DNA of 64,000 bases from Mizuhopecten yessoensis (GCF_002113885.1 NW_018408838.1:477108-541107); one strand, 5' to 3'. Counted from the first letter of the stretch, positions 1-13,828 are shown. Notes: generated by a model not told the origin, from the letters alone. Numbers and translations: made by a program.

Positions 1-1965
1 ACAACATTGAGTCCTACGTCAGTATACCCTTACGTGGTCCTCAAACAACATTGAGTCCTACGTCAGTATACCCTTACGTGGTCCTCAAACAACATTGAGT
101 CCTACGTCAGTATACCCTTACCTGGTCCTCTAACAACAATGAGTCCTACGTCAGTATACTCTTAGGTGGTCCTCAAACAACTTTGAGTCCTACGTTAGTA
201 AACCCTTACGTGGTCCTCAAACAACATTGTGCCCTACGTCAGTATACCCTTACCTGGTCCTCAAACAACATTGAGTCCTATGTCAGTATACTCTTACGTG
301 GTCCTCAAACAACATTGAGTCCTACGTTAGTATACCCTTACGTGGTCCTCACACAACATTGTGTCCTACAACAATGCACCCTTACGTGGTCCTCAAACAA
401 CACTGTGTCCTACGCCAGTATACCCTTACGTGGTCCTCAAACAACATTGAGTCCTACGTCAATATACTCTTACGTGGTCCTCAAACAACATTCAGTCCTA
501 CGTCAGTATACCCTTACCTGGTCCTCAAACAACCTTGTGTCCCACGTCCATGTACGCTTACGTGGTCCTCACACAACATTGTGTCCTACAACAATGCACC
601 CTTACGTGGTCCTCAAACAACACTGTGTCCTACAACAATGCACCCTTACATGGTCCTGAAACAACACTGTGTCCTACGTCAGTATACCCTGACCTGGTCC
701 TCAAACATCATTGTGTCCCACGTCCATGTACACTTACGTGGTCCTCAAACAACTCTGTGTCCTACGTCAGTATATCCTTACCTGGTCCTCAAACAACATT
801 GTGTCCCACGTCCATGTACACTTACGTGGTCCTCAAACAACTCTGTGTCCTACGTCAGTATATCCTTACCTGGTCCTCAAACAACATTGTGTCCCACGTC
901 CATGTATCCTTACGTGGTCCTCAAACAACATTGAGTCCTACGTCAGTATACCCTTACGTGGTCCTCAAACAACATTGTGTCCCTCGTCCATGTACACTTA
1001 CGTGGTCCTCACACAACATTATGTCCCACGTCCATGTATCCTTACGTGGTCCTCAAACAACATTAAGTCCTACGTCAGTATACCCTTAAGTGGTCCTCAC
1101 ACAACATTGTGTCCTACAACAATGCACCCTTATGTGGTCCTCAAACAACATTATGTCCTTCAATAATGTAACCTTACGTGGTCCTCAATTAATGTTGTGT
1201 TCTACGTCTGGGTACCCTAACGTGGTTTTAAACAACATTGTGTCTTACGTCAGTATACCCTTTCATGGTCCTCAAATATCACTTTGTCCTACTTCAGTGT
1301 ACCCCTAAGTGGTCCTCAAACATCATTTTGTCCTACGTCAGTGTACCCCTACGTGGTCCTCAAACAACATTGAGTCCTACGTCAGTATACCCTTACGTGG
1401 TCCTCAAACAACATTATGTCCTTCAATAATGTAACCTTACGTGGTCCTTAATTAACGTTGTGTTCTACGTCAGTATATCCTTACGTGGTCCACAAACAAC
1501 ATTGAGTCCTACGTCAGTATACCCTTACGTGGTCCTCACACAACATTGTGTCCTACAACAATGCACCCTTATGTGGTCCTCAAACAGCATTATGTCCTTC
1601 AATAATGTAACCTTACGTGGTCCTCAATTAATGTTGTGTTCTACGTCTGGGTACCCTAACGTGGTTTTAAACAACATTGTGTCTTACGTCAGTATACCCT
1701 TTCATGGTCCTCAAATATCACTTTGTCCTACTTCAGTGTACCCCTAAGTGGTCCTCAAACATCATTTTGTCCTACGTCAGTGTACCCCTACGTGGTCCTC
1801 AAACATCATTTTGTCCTACGTCAGTGTACCCCTACGTGGTCCTCAAACATCATTTTGTCCTACGTCAGTGTACCCCTACGTGGTCCTCAAACATCATTTT
1901 GTCCTACCTCAGTGTACCCCTACGTGGTCCTCAAACATCATTGTGTCCTACGTCAGTGTACCCTT
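1..1965. repeat. 44-bp minisatellite/satellite array (~44 copies, runs off the window start)
   Basis: Unit ACAACATTGAGTCCTACGTCAGTATACCCTTACGTGGTCCTCAA. Variant units recur in higher-order blocks, e.g. ~1090-1335 is repeated ~439 bp later at ~1530-1775. Confidence 0.97.
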
Positions 1966-1974
1966 ATTTGACCC

Positions 1975-2102
1975 ATAAATAGCAGTGTCGAATCAATTAG
2001 CTTCTTCCTTGGTCAATTCAACCCAACAACAAATTACTTCTGAGGCGAGTTCACGTCGGATCACAGGAGGAGGACACTTCGCGCACGATTGACGACGTAA
2101 GT
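1975..2102 (+). promoter_or_regulatory. Putative core promoter and non-coding first exon, probably of the carboxylesterase gene
   Basis: TATA-like CATAAATA at 1975-1982 and a canonical donor GTAAGT at 2097-2102. The esterase coding exon starts with a splice acceptor, so a 5' UTR exon must lie upstream. The linkage is inferred. Confidence 0.35.
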
Positions 2103-5100
2103 TTGTTTGCATCCATGTACGGACACGTGTATGTCAGTTTCATATACCTTATCAGTCAGTACAGCTGAATATGAATGAAAAACTTGCTGTAACGATACGT
2201 CACACAAGAATTGACTCACATGAACAATCTGTCGAATCGGGTTTTGTTCATATCCCTTATCAAGATGTTTCACCGTAAATTATAAAGGTAGGGTAAACGC
2301 ATATGGAGAAAACACATCATCGTCGGTCCCCGTTTTGAATTTCAAAACAAGACAAATACAAAAAGGTATGGGTATAGTAAGCTTGAATCAGAATTCATTT
2401 TATGACAAATGGGACCTTATTGACTTACACCTGTTTGGATATTAAAGGTGTGATAATACAAGTCCTCCTAGAGTATTTTAATGACACAATTACTATAAGA
2501 ATTATATCATTACTGTGTGCAACGTATATTCCGACTATTATTTTGATACAAAAAGTACGCTATTTTAAGAAGAATTGTTCTTTTAATGAAGATTTAAGCA
2601 GGAAAGTATGTGAAATTACATTAAACTTGTACTAATGATAGAATGACCATTTTGACACGTTAATTTACGTAGTTCTAAAACGAGTCTTTTTTTCTTGCTT
2701 GCTTAAAAGTTGGCTACCAATAATACCAGGAATTTCCAAAATAATGACAACCGGTAATTTTTATCATGAAAATTTGTAAAGCCTTTGATTTTAAAAAACC
2801 CCAGAAAAACACCTTGTTTTCCACTTTTTATTTAGATTGTGTTTCTTGTTAATAAGGAGTCCCTTTGTCTTGATATTTGGCAAGTGGGTTGTTTACATTG
2901 GTGACCTTGACCTTCGCTTATTGAAAAAAAGGTTAATATGTTAGTAAATATGTGGTTGTTAAGTGCATATCTGCTACACTTATACTTCATTATTGCTATA
3001 TCTCTATCTGTATTATTTGGTGCTTAACACCGAGCCATTTCATCATCGTACATCTGCATTTTGTTCGTTCGTTTTCTTGTTTTTAATAAATATTTACTTG
3101 ATTTTGTTTTAACATCAATCATCCACACTCCACTCGAACATACATATAATGGTACCACATTCTTACATTCTATCTGGACATCTTCTTTTCATTTCCTTTA
3201 CCCTTACTATAGTGATGATAAGTACAAACTTTAGGAATGTTAATATATTAGAATACGTACAGGTATGACTAGAGTGGGTCTGAGTGGTTGGGCCAATCCC
3301 TACCGACAAAGACTTCTTCCAGCCATATTTATAAGCTGCGTATCAAACTGAGCTAATATTTTTGCTTTGTTGATATTACATGTATACTTGTTATCTCTAT
3401 ATAATACATATATTGTTAAGTTTAAGGGAAATTGTAAACATTGTATCAATTCTTAAATATGAATTTCAACATGTTATTGCTTAAGTTTACAACGCAAGCC
3501 GTCGAACCTATTCAAAGCATTTCTTTGTAATATGTAAACGAAGTATCAATCGTTATTTACTTTAACTAACTGAAGCAGTTGTTGTACAAATTGATTTTGG
3601 AATATCGTAGAACTTAAACAAAGGGTGATAGACAACTACCGGTAATGCATATGGCTAGAGGGAGTCTCAGTCGTCGGGACTGGCCCAACCACGCGGGCTT
3701 TATCTATTTATGAAATGGTAAGACTGTTCATTTATGACAAAATGTTGAAGAAGATAATTAGTTGAAACAATTATTACATTAGCTTATTTTCTTTGTCTGA
3801 ATCATTGGTTATAATTAAAACAAAAGGTTAAGGAAGAAAGTGTAAGCTAATATATATGGCTGGAGGAATATATTTTTTTATAACTTTTGTAAGGAGAGTC
3901 TGACAAGGATATCTATTCTCGCTTTACTTGTTTACAGTTAAAGGTATAAAGTAATGCAATATTCCTTCATATTTTGTTGCATAAATGGGCAAAAGACAAA
4001 TTAAATAATAATCCATTGCAAGTGGATATTAGTTTTATAATTAAGATTATTTCATTGTCTAATATATTTGCATACCTTTTCTATAACACAATCTCAACCT
4101 TAGGTAGATCTCCGTAGGAAAGATTACTTTTGCAGAATACACAATTATGAGTTATCACTGCTGCACATAGCTTTAAACATGCATAAAATAATGAAGTGTT
4201 TTGGTATGATACAAAATAAAAAATGTATCGGTATTTACCATTATAAGCAATAATAATAACATCTTCCTGATTATGTGAAATTGTGCATTGGCCATGTTCG
4301 TCATGCTAAACAATATTTTACCGGTTTTGATATTACATAAAAATGATTCTGTATATATAAGGAAAGCTTTTAAAGAAGTATACAATATAGACTATTGTAG
4401 CTATACGTAGGCAAGTTGACAATGGTAAATAGATTTCAAACTTTGTGACCATTTTGCATGTTTTTCTCATTTAAAGTATCACTTTGCTTACTTCATGTAT
4501 ATCAATATGACATATTTTGTATCAAGATAACAGTAATCTTATACACTATACACAATCATCATTCGTTTTCAAAATTACATTCGCCTGTGACATTTATCTG
4601 CCTTTTTGTTAGAATACCCCCGTCACTCAACCTGGTGTTATACAAGGAGGTCCACCACGGTTATCAGTAGTACATGTAATAATGAATAGTCGTATATGCA
4701 GTTATTGTTCATTTTTTATGCTTCTTCAAATGGCGAAAAAATAGAAGAAGTTAAAACCCTTATATACCAAAACGGATTTACTACACATATGAACAGACAC
4801 CGTTTTACATTAGAAGTGCAATTCATAAATTGTCAATGTTTCATACAATAAATAAAATGATATTGCCCCAATGTATGTGAACAGTCATAATGTCACCAAC
4901 TATTGGAACACGTTTACATACATTCTATTGATTTAAAGGATGCACACCAATTAAGAATACCTTATTATCAATATATTGCAAAGTATGCGAAACATTTTCC
5001 ATCAACTATATAATCATAGAATGATTTCGACGAAAATATAAAATCATCCGAAACATTTACATTTTCTTAATTACCTAATACAGAATGAATTTCGGTTTAA

Positions 5101-5987
5101 TTGACCTGATAAATTCGCAGTTAATTTGCGACGATAATGTATAAAAAGAAAGATTAAAAATACATAAATCCTGGACCGTTTTCCATCAGCTGTACAAGGA
5201 GTTATGGCTCTAGCACTAAGATAAGTTGCACAGTTCAGCATTAATAATGCTATTGCTAATTCTAGAGTATATTTGTATGATTCGTCAGCCAAATGTTTAC
5301 CATTTACTCCTATTATTAGAATTGAACCTCTTCTCTCATTAAGAAAGGACCATGGGGAACCCTTATCAGTGTCCTATAAATTCAAACCAAAATAGTGCTT
5401 TAGTGGCGGAATTGATATTTCTGCAAATTCTCATAATGCACATAAAATTACCTAATTTATTTATATTAATAAAATGTTTTAATGCTTTATTTTGGAACAA
5501 ATTCAGCATTTGATATTCATTTACTATAAACAGAAGGCATGCATTAATTATTCAATCAAAATGACATCCAGTAATCACATGGTTAAGTAAGATAAACGCA
5601 TTGTATTCACCCACAACAATTAACTGATATACAATTGTAATCCATTCAAGGTTTTATGAAAAGTTACCAACTTATGATTGTTGCTATCGTCAGATATTGA
5701 TTTTTGTTAACTGTAATAATGTACCACATTTAGAATAAACATGTTCATGAAGTTATAAAGTGCAACTATCACTAAATAAGTATTTATTTAGTAAGAAAGT
5801 AACTTAGTTCACAAAGTAAGCATTTACTGCCCTATATACATGTATTCGTTGCGTCTACATTGTTTTTAAGTACAAATGGTCAACAGTGTAAAAATTCCAA
5901 TATAATAATGTATCGTTATCTAACCTGTACTTTAGCAATTATTACTATTCTTTTTTTTTTCTTTTGATCAGGATCACCCCCGGGATT

Positions 5988-8767
5988 ATGTCTCCGACTT
6001 TACCACATCTTCTGATTCTTATATCATTAGTTGCTCCATTTTTTTGTCAGAATGCTACACACGTGGTTACCCTGCCGGCGGGCAAGGTTCGCGGTATATT
6101 GGTCCCCGTTCCGGCCTTCAATTCCTCTGTGTATCAATATAGAAAAATACCCTACGCCAAACCTCCTGTAGGAGACTTACGATTCAAGAAACCAATCGGT
6201 CGTATTCCTTGGGCTGGTGTACTAGACGGTACCGAGTTTGGACCAATATGTATGCAGGACAACCCTAAAAATGTCAGCATGTCGGAAGACTGTCTATTTC
6301 TCAACGTGTATGTCCCGCTTAACACGTCGGCATCGGATAATAAACCGGTAATGGTGTTTATACATGGTGGTGCTTATATATCCGGAAGTGGTCAGATCTA
6401 CGATGGATCATACCTTGCTATTTTTGGTGACGCTATAGTGGTGACCATGAACTACCGATTAGGTTTTATGGGATTCATGAGCACGCAAGACGGTTCGTCG
6501 CCAGGAAATTACGGTCTCTGGGACCAACGAATGGCCCTCGTATGGGTAAAAATAAATATTCGCATGTTTGGCGGTGATCCCCAACGTTTCACCATCTTTG
6601 GAGAGTCCGCCGGGGGGTTCAGTGTCGCCCTACAGTGTCTGTATGCTCCAAACAAGGGCGTGTTTAACCAGGCAATGGCACACAGCGGAGTGGCTAATTC
6701 CGTCTTTGCCACCTCACCGTTTGCTAAACAAGCCGCGAGAGTCATCGGAGCAGCTATCGGATGTACAGCTAAAACTTCTGCTGGACTTGTCGACTGCTTA
6801 AGGACAAAACCTGCAGAAGTGATACAAAATGCAATCCATACTAGCACTACAAATGACAACAAAACGCATTATATTTTGCTTCTTGCTCCTGTAGTAGACG
6901 GTGACTTTTTAATAGATACACCCTCAAATCTACTCGGTAACAAATCTTCACTAGCATATAAATTCTTCCGGTCGTTAAATGTGGTTGTCGGCAACGTACA
7001 GTCCGAGGGATCATTAATACTAGACGAAAATCTTAAAGCACTGCAGAGTTTTTATAACTACAATCTTACACTTGGAATTCCCTCTCGAATTTTGTGCGAT
7101 TTGATCATCCCCGGAATAGTTGGTGACTGGCTAGGAAACCACTCTGATGTCATTTCCGCTGTGTGCAGCATGTATAGCATTAATGGCGGGAATACGACAA
7201 CAATGGCGGAACAGGGAAACAAGGCGGTTGAAATGTATGGTGACTTTTTCTTTTTTGTCCCCGCCATATACACGCTGAATGTCCATGCCCAGGGAAACAC
7301 ACAGTCGAAAACATTTCAGTTCTTGTTGACCAGAAATGCCGGATGGGGAGCCGGCGAGCCCTATCCTTCTTGGCTGGAAGGTCCAGGGCATTTTTCAGAA
7401 ATCCCATACTTATTTGGAGCCCAAATTAGACCCGGTGTACAACAACAAGATTTGAAATTATCACTGGATATGCTTACTTATTGGACTAACTTCGCCAGCA
7501 GCGGGTGAGTCGAATATCGGGGTGTAACAAGTGTCTTTATTTGTAATCATAACCTATCGATCTAGTAAACAAAAATTGAGTAGAAAGTCTCAATTACATA
7601 TATCTATGTTGAAAGCTAAACCAATCTTCAATATATCATATGCTTACTTGGGAATTTCTTTTTTGTGTCTTTTCATATTTGAGATCACTATTAATAACTG
7701 TTACTATATAGCTATTACAATACCTTTTAGGCGAATTTGGTATTAAAGATAGATGTTCGGTGATATACGACATTATTTCATTATTTCAAACAAAATACTG
7801 TTATATCTTATGCAACAAAAAGTTCTAAACATTCCATAAGGACTTACATTGTGTGTTTGTCCGTCTGTGTAAGTATATGCGCGCGTGTGTGCATGTGCGT
7901 AAGTGCGTGTGGTTACACGTAGCATATCGAGACACGTGCATGCCCCTTCCCTATGTTGAAGGATACTCGTCGAGTTATCATTCTGTTACACGTAAAGAAA
8001 CATTAATAAAATTCCTAAATATAGATATTCAATTCATGACCGTACTATATACTGAAATTCATTTCGAACCTTTTCTATTGCAGACCAATTGAGGTGGGGG
8101 AAACTAAAATTTGTTTCGAAACTTTTATTGTGCAGACAAAAAAAAGTGTTAGATGGTAATTAAATTTAGTTGGACCATTCGTGTAATAGACAAACAGAGG
8201 TACGGTAATACTGAATTTCGGTCTAAACCTTTTGTTCAGTAAAAAGCAGAGTTTGCATGATACTGAAATTCAGTTGAAACCCTTTGAATTTCCTTTGATT
8301 CACGTAAATAAAAGTAAGATAATTCTTAAATTTATTTGGGAACCCATTGTTCAGAAGAAAATATAGTTTATATCATACTGAAATTTAGTCGGAGCTCTTC
8401 GTTCAGAAAATACATTGTATTTAACAGGCCTAGTGATTGAAATACCATTGCTTGACACCCAAGTCGGTAATATAATTTCTTACGGTGTTGCAGGGACCCA
8501 AATGTCGGGTGGCCGACGGATGTCAATTGGCCGGCCTACACTCCTTCAGCTGGTGCCTACATCGACCTGGACACGCCATGCACGCGTAAAACCAAAATGT
8601 TTGAAAAGCGTGTTAACTTTTGGAGGAAAACCGTTCCAACCATGATTATAATTGACAACGCTTTGTCGCGTGCAGGAAGTGTGTCCACGAGTCTGTCAGT
8701 GTATACTGTCACCTTTGTCCTCATCAGTGTAATAATGAAATCGTTTCAGCAACAAGTGATCATATAG
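5988..8767 (+). CDS. Type-B carboxylesterase/cholinesterase-family alpha/beta hydrolase, ~596 aa; join(5988..7504,8494..8767)
   Basis: Acceptor poly-T...CAG at 5970-5971, then signal peptide MSPTLPHLLILISLVAPFFC. Family motifs: IPYAKPPVGDLRF, SEDCLFLNVY, oxyanion hole HGGAY, NYRLG, GNYGLWDQ, nucleophile FGESAG, acid residue GNVQSEG, catalytic His GHFSEIPYLFG. The phase-2 donor GG|GTGAGT (7505) joins acceptor TTGCAG (8493) to give the conserved WTNFASSGDPN...NWPAY, and the frame ends in a hydrophobic tail and TAG at 8765-8767. Confidence 0.95.
8045..8412. repeat. Degenerate ~52-bp intronic tandem repeat (~7 copies)
   Basis: Recurrent ATACTGAAATT(C/T)A..GAACCTTT..(G/T)CAGA near 8050, 8101, 8208, 8260, 8322 and 8375. 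Confidence 0.6.
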
Positions 8768-9074
8768 GGACAACCTTTGTGTCAGATACCCCACCTTCTG
8801 CCAAATAACCACACCGGCTGTAAAGATGATAAACTGCAGTCAAGAGGGCTTGTGTAGGACTTAAGCTGTATAGAGCGCTGTTAAAGGGGAGAGCTTTAAA
8901 AGTTTCATGTACAGGGCATTGTGAAGGGGGAGCTCAGGTACGTTTTTGTCAATATGGGGCACTGTTGAGGGACAAATATGATTTATACATAATTTTGTAA
9001 GATTAAGTATGTAAAAGGGCATTGCAGATTAAGCGGGTTTAAAGGCTTTAAATCTCTCTTAAATTGTACTAATT

Positions 9075-11545
9075 GGAAAGGTTCATAGACAGGGCTTTTA
9101 TTGGTATTTACCTGTATAGAGCACAGCTGATAGGCAGGGCTTGTATTGGTATTAGCTTGTATAGGACACTGCTGTTAGACAGGGCTTGTATTTGTATTTG
9201 CCTGTATAGGGCAATGCTGATAGACAGTATTGACATAAGCCTGTATAGAATAATGTTGATAGAAAGGGCTTGTATTGGTATTAGCCTGAATAGAACAATG
9301 CTGATAGACAGGGCTTGTATTGACATTAGCCTGAATAGAACAATGCTGATAGTCAGGGCTTGTATTGGTAAAAGCTTGTATAGGGCACTGCTGATAGAAA
9401 GGGCTTGTGTTGATATTATTCTGTATAAGGCACTGCTGATAGACAGGGCTTGTATTGGTATTAGTCTGTATACGGCACTGCTGATAGACAGGGCTTGTAC
9501 TGATATTAGTCTGTATAAGGGACTGCTGATAGACAGGGTTTGTATTGATATTAGTCTGTATACGGCACTGCTGATAGACAGGGCTTGTATTGATATTAGT
9601 CTGTATAAGGCACTGCTGATAGACAGGGCTTGTATTGGTAAAAGCTTGTATAAGGCACTGCTGATATTCAGGGCTTGTATTTGTATTAGCTTGTATAAGG
9701 CACTGCTGATAGACAGGGCTTGTATTGGTATTAGTCTATATTAGGCGCTGCTGATAGACAAGGCTTGTATTGATATTAGTCTGTATAAGGCACTGCTGAT
9801 AGACAGGGCTTGTATTGGTATTAGTCTGTATAAGGCACTGCTGATAGAAAGGGCTTGTATTGGTATTAGCTTGTATAAGGCACTGCTGATAGACAGGGCT
9901 TGTATTGGTATTAGTCTGTATACGGCACTGATGATAGACAGGGCTTGTATTGATATTAGTCTGTATAAGGCACTGCTGATAGACAGGGCTTGTATTGGTA
10001 TTAGCTTGCATAAAGCACTGCTGATAGACAGGGTTTGTACTGATATAAGTATGCATACGGCACTGCTGATACACAGGGCTTGTATTGATATTAGTATGTA
10101 TACGGCACTGCTGATAGACAGGGCTTGTATTGGTATTAGTCTGTATACGGCACTGATGATAGACAGGGCTTGTATTGGTATTAGTCTGTATACGGCACTG
10201 ATGATAGACAGGGCTTGTATTGGTATTAGTCTGTATACGGCACTGATGATAGACAGGGCTTGTATTGGTATTAGTCTGTATAAGGCGCTGCTGATAGACA
10301 GGGCTTGTATTGATATTAGTTTGCATACGGCACTGCTGATAGACAGGGATTGTATTGGTATTAGTCTGTATAAGGCGCTGCTGATAGACAGGGCTTGTAC
10401 TTATATTAGTCTGTATAAGGCACTGCTGATAGACAGGGCTTGTATTGATATTAGTCTGTATAAGACACTGCTGATAGACAGGGCTTGTACTGATATTAGT
10501 TTGCATACGGCACTGCTGATAGACAGGGCTTGTATTGGTATTAGTCTGTATACGGCACTGATGATAGACAGGGCTTGTATTGTTATTAGTCTGTATAAGG
10601 CACCGATGATAGACAGGGCTTGTATTGGTATTAGTGTGTATACGGCACTGATGATAGACAGGGCTTGTATTGGTATTAGTCTGTAAATGGCACTGATGAT
10701 AGACAGGGCTTGTATTGATATTAGTATGTATACGGCACTGATGATAGACAGGGCTTGTATTGGTATTAGTGTTTATACGGCACTGATTATAGACAGGGCT
10801 TGTATTGGTATTAGTCTGTATAAGGCACTGCTGATAGACAGGGCTTGTATTGGTATTAGTTTGTATAAGGCACTGCTGATTGACAGGGCTTGTACTGATA
10901 TTAGTCTGTATAAGGCACTGCTGATAGACAGGGTTTGTACTGATATTAGTCTGTATAAGGCACTGCTGATAGACAGGGGTTGTACTGATATTAGTCTGTA
11001 TAAGGCACTGCTGATCGACAGGGTTTGTACTGATATTAGTCTGTATAAGGCACTGCTGATAGATAGGGCTTGTATTGGTATTAGTCTGTATACGGCACTG
11101 CTGATAGACAGTGCTTGTACTGATATCAGTCTGTATAAGGCACTGCTGATAGACAGGGTTTGTACTGATATTAGTCTGTATAAGGCACTGCTGATAGACA
11201 GGGCTTGTATTGATATTAGTCTGTATACGGCCCCGCCGATAGACAGGCCTTGTACTGATATTAGTCTGTATAAGGCACTGCCGATAGACAGGGCTTGTAT
11301 TGGTATTAGTCTGTATACGGCACTGCTGATAGACAGTGCTTGTACTGGTATCAGTCTGTATAAGGCACTGCTGATAGACAGGGATTGCACTGATATTAGT
11401 CTGTATAAGGCACTGCTGATAGACAGGGTTTGTATTGGTATAAGTCTGTATACGGCACTGCTGATAGACAGGGTTTGTACTGATATTAGTCTGTATAAGG
11501 CACTGCTGATAGACAGGGCTTGTGCTGTATAAGACACTGCTGCTA
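9075..11545. repeat. 45-bp minisatellite (~54 copies)
   Basis: Unit CTGTATAAGGCACTGCTGATAGACAGGGCTTGTATTGGTATTAGT, with degenerate copies extending back to ~8845. Confidence 0.97.
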
Positions 11546-11874
11546 AAGAAGGCCTTTATAGGATAAACCTTTGTAGCTTATTGTTGATGAAGAAGACTTA
11601 GACTCGGCTTGAAAATGGTGTCTGATTTCATTTGGTGTCTTATTAATAGAACATTTTGTTTGCTAAGGGAGATCACTACGCTTAAAGATACAAACAAATA
11701 TTTCGAGGAAATTAAGACATTCAAAATAACAATTACCGATAAAAACTACAAAAAGATCGAAATAAATGAATGAATAAATAAATAAATGAAATCAAATCGT
11801 CTGTTTGTCTTGGCTACTTGTGAGAGTCGAAAGTCCTGCAGATGCATACGCGTCGAAATGTTATTATAATGAAA

Positions 11875-12030
11875 CCTGATCATAGAGCGTCGACAAGTTA
11901 CTATAAAAGCCTGATCATAGAGCGTCGAAAAGTTACTATAAAAACCTGATCATAGAGCGTCGAAAAGTTACTATAAAAGCCTGATCATAGAGCGTCGAAA
12001 AGTAACTATAATGACCCGTTTATAGAGCGC
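11875..12030. repeat. 35-bp tandem repeat (~4.5 copies)
   Basis: Unit CCTGATCATAGAGCGTCGAAAAGTTACTATAAAA(G/A). Confidence 0.9.
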
Positions 12031-12669
12031 CTAGTCGCCTCAGTTTTCCACTTACAAGTACATGCACTAGACGTTGGCAATACCTCGTTGGTCAACTTCT
12101 ATAAATAATATAAGGTGCCAGGAACAACGGATCCAGAGGCCTTTGAGAAACACATTTCATGTGTTCATAGCCTTCTCCTGTAATGAAGGCGGAGTTGGAA
12201 GCGTTGAAATACCAAGTGATCTAGGTGTCGCACAAGTTCCCTACTGATTCATTCTCCACGTTGTGTTTATTTCGAATTGGTCGGTATTTACTTCCGGCCT
12301 AATGTTATCGTCGCGTTCGGCATCTACCAGAGGAAAGTCCTTTCTGTGCATAATCCTTTCCTCATGGAAGAGAACTTTCTTTCAGATAGAATACATTATG
12401 ACGTGTTTAACACAAATACAAGTTAAATGAAAAATCTGCTGAGTATAAAACGTTCGAATTTGTAATAACATTTATTTGCCGTTTACTCCTCTACTGTATT
12501 TCTATATATCAGAACACATTGAAAATTGGTTTCACTCTTTTCAATTTGCAATGTGATATGAACTTGATAAATGCAATTTGGACTGAATTTTATTTTATTG
12601 CAGGTAGAGACATATACAATGTAATGTAAAAACAACACCAATGGAACAATATTGCGTGTAAATTAAACG

Positions 12670-13095
12670 CTGAGAGAAATAAGCAATATTGAAATAATAT
12701 TACATTGTAGTTAAAAAATAAGTTAACAATATTAACTTGGAATCAAAGAAATAGTAAACAATCTCACATTGTAGTCAATGAAAAAGTAAACAAAATACCG
12801 TTATAATTAAAGAAAAAATAAACAATAATACATGGTAGTAAAAGAACAGACTAAAAATAATATATATTGTAGTCAAAGAGAAATAAACAATAAAAAACCA
12901 CAATATTACACTTTAGTAAACAAAATATTATAATGTTATCAAAGAGTAAGTTAACAATAGTGTATCGTTGTCAAAGAGAAATAAACAATATTACAATGTA
13001 CATTGTTGTCAAACAAAATATACCATGAATAAGCATGAAATAAACATTATTAAATTGTAGTCAACCCAAAAAAAATAAACAATATCATATTTTGT
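12670..13095. repeat. Degenerate A-rich ~31-bp tandem repeat
   Basis: Recurrent AAACAATATTACATTGTAGTCAAAGAGAAAT-like units. Confidence 0.7.
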
Positions 13096-13595
13096 ACAAT
13101 GTATAAGGAAACAAATTTAACAAACAAAACAAATTACCTTATTGCAAGTAAGAAAAGAGTAGATAGAAAAATAGTATAGGAAGAGGGAAATAGTTGGGAC
13201 AAAGGAAGCAGGCCAGAGATTACAGCGTTGCTATGAGATTGTGGAATTTCCTCAATGTGCATGTATTGCCACAACAACGGGTTGTTTTCTTTGTTACAAA
13301 TCTACCCAAAACTTTAAAAAGGTGTACCCCGTGATATGGCCGTCAGAGCAGTCGGAGATAACCACATATCTCAGCGTTATCTCGTCACATTCTGGGTTGC
13401 ATGAGCTGGGAGAGACTGCCATACTCGGGTGCGTAAACCTTTCACTATTATTTTAAATATTATATTTCATGTTGTAAATATTGGATAAATAAACAATTTA
13501 ATTTTGTTTAATATCCATATCGTTGTAATAAGTGTTTTATCTCAACATGTAGAAACATTGTAATAGTGACAAAACAACGAACAAAATGATAATGA

Positions 13596-13828
13596 CTTAA
13601 CAGATATTGTGGTAATCACTTAACAACAGATATTGTGGTAATCACTTAACAACAGATATTGTGGTAATCAATTAACAACAGAAATTTTGGTAATCAATTA
13701 ACAACTGATATTGTGGTAATCACTTAACAACAGATATTGTGGTAACCACTGAACAACAGATATTTTAATAATCAATTATCAACAGATATTTTGGCAATCA
13801 ATTAACAACAGATATTTTGGTAATTACT
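13596..13828. repeat. 26-bp tandem repeat (~9 copies)
   Basis: Unit AACAGATATTGTGGTAATCACTTAAC. Confidence 0.93.

Noticed and set aside
1-1965. CRISPR-like regular repeats
   Set aside because: The units are contiguous with no unique spacers, there are no cas genes, and the context is eukaryotic.
183-1982. Many overlapping ORFs (60-190 aa)
   Set aside because: They are translations of the 44-bp tandem repeat, and the same peptide appears in all frames.
5964-5987. TTG start of the 514-aa ORF and its TGA stop at 7506
   Set aside because: The TTG is in the polypyrimidine/acceptor region and the TGA is part of the GTGAGT donor. The real start is ATG 5988 and the CDS continues in the exon at 8494.
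6509-7407. Antisense and alternative-frame ORFs inside the esterase exon (likewise inside genes A, B and C)
   Set aside because: Shadow ORFs of higher-GC coding sequence with no independent features.
9073-11537. 220-280 aa ORFs on both strands (RACIGISLYKALLID repeats)
   Set aside because: The 45-bp unit is a multiple of 3 and lacks stops in some frames. Substitutions are not biased to synonymous sites, in-frame stops occur, and there is no splice or start context.
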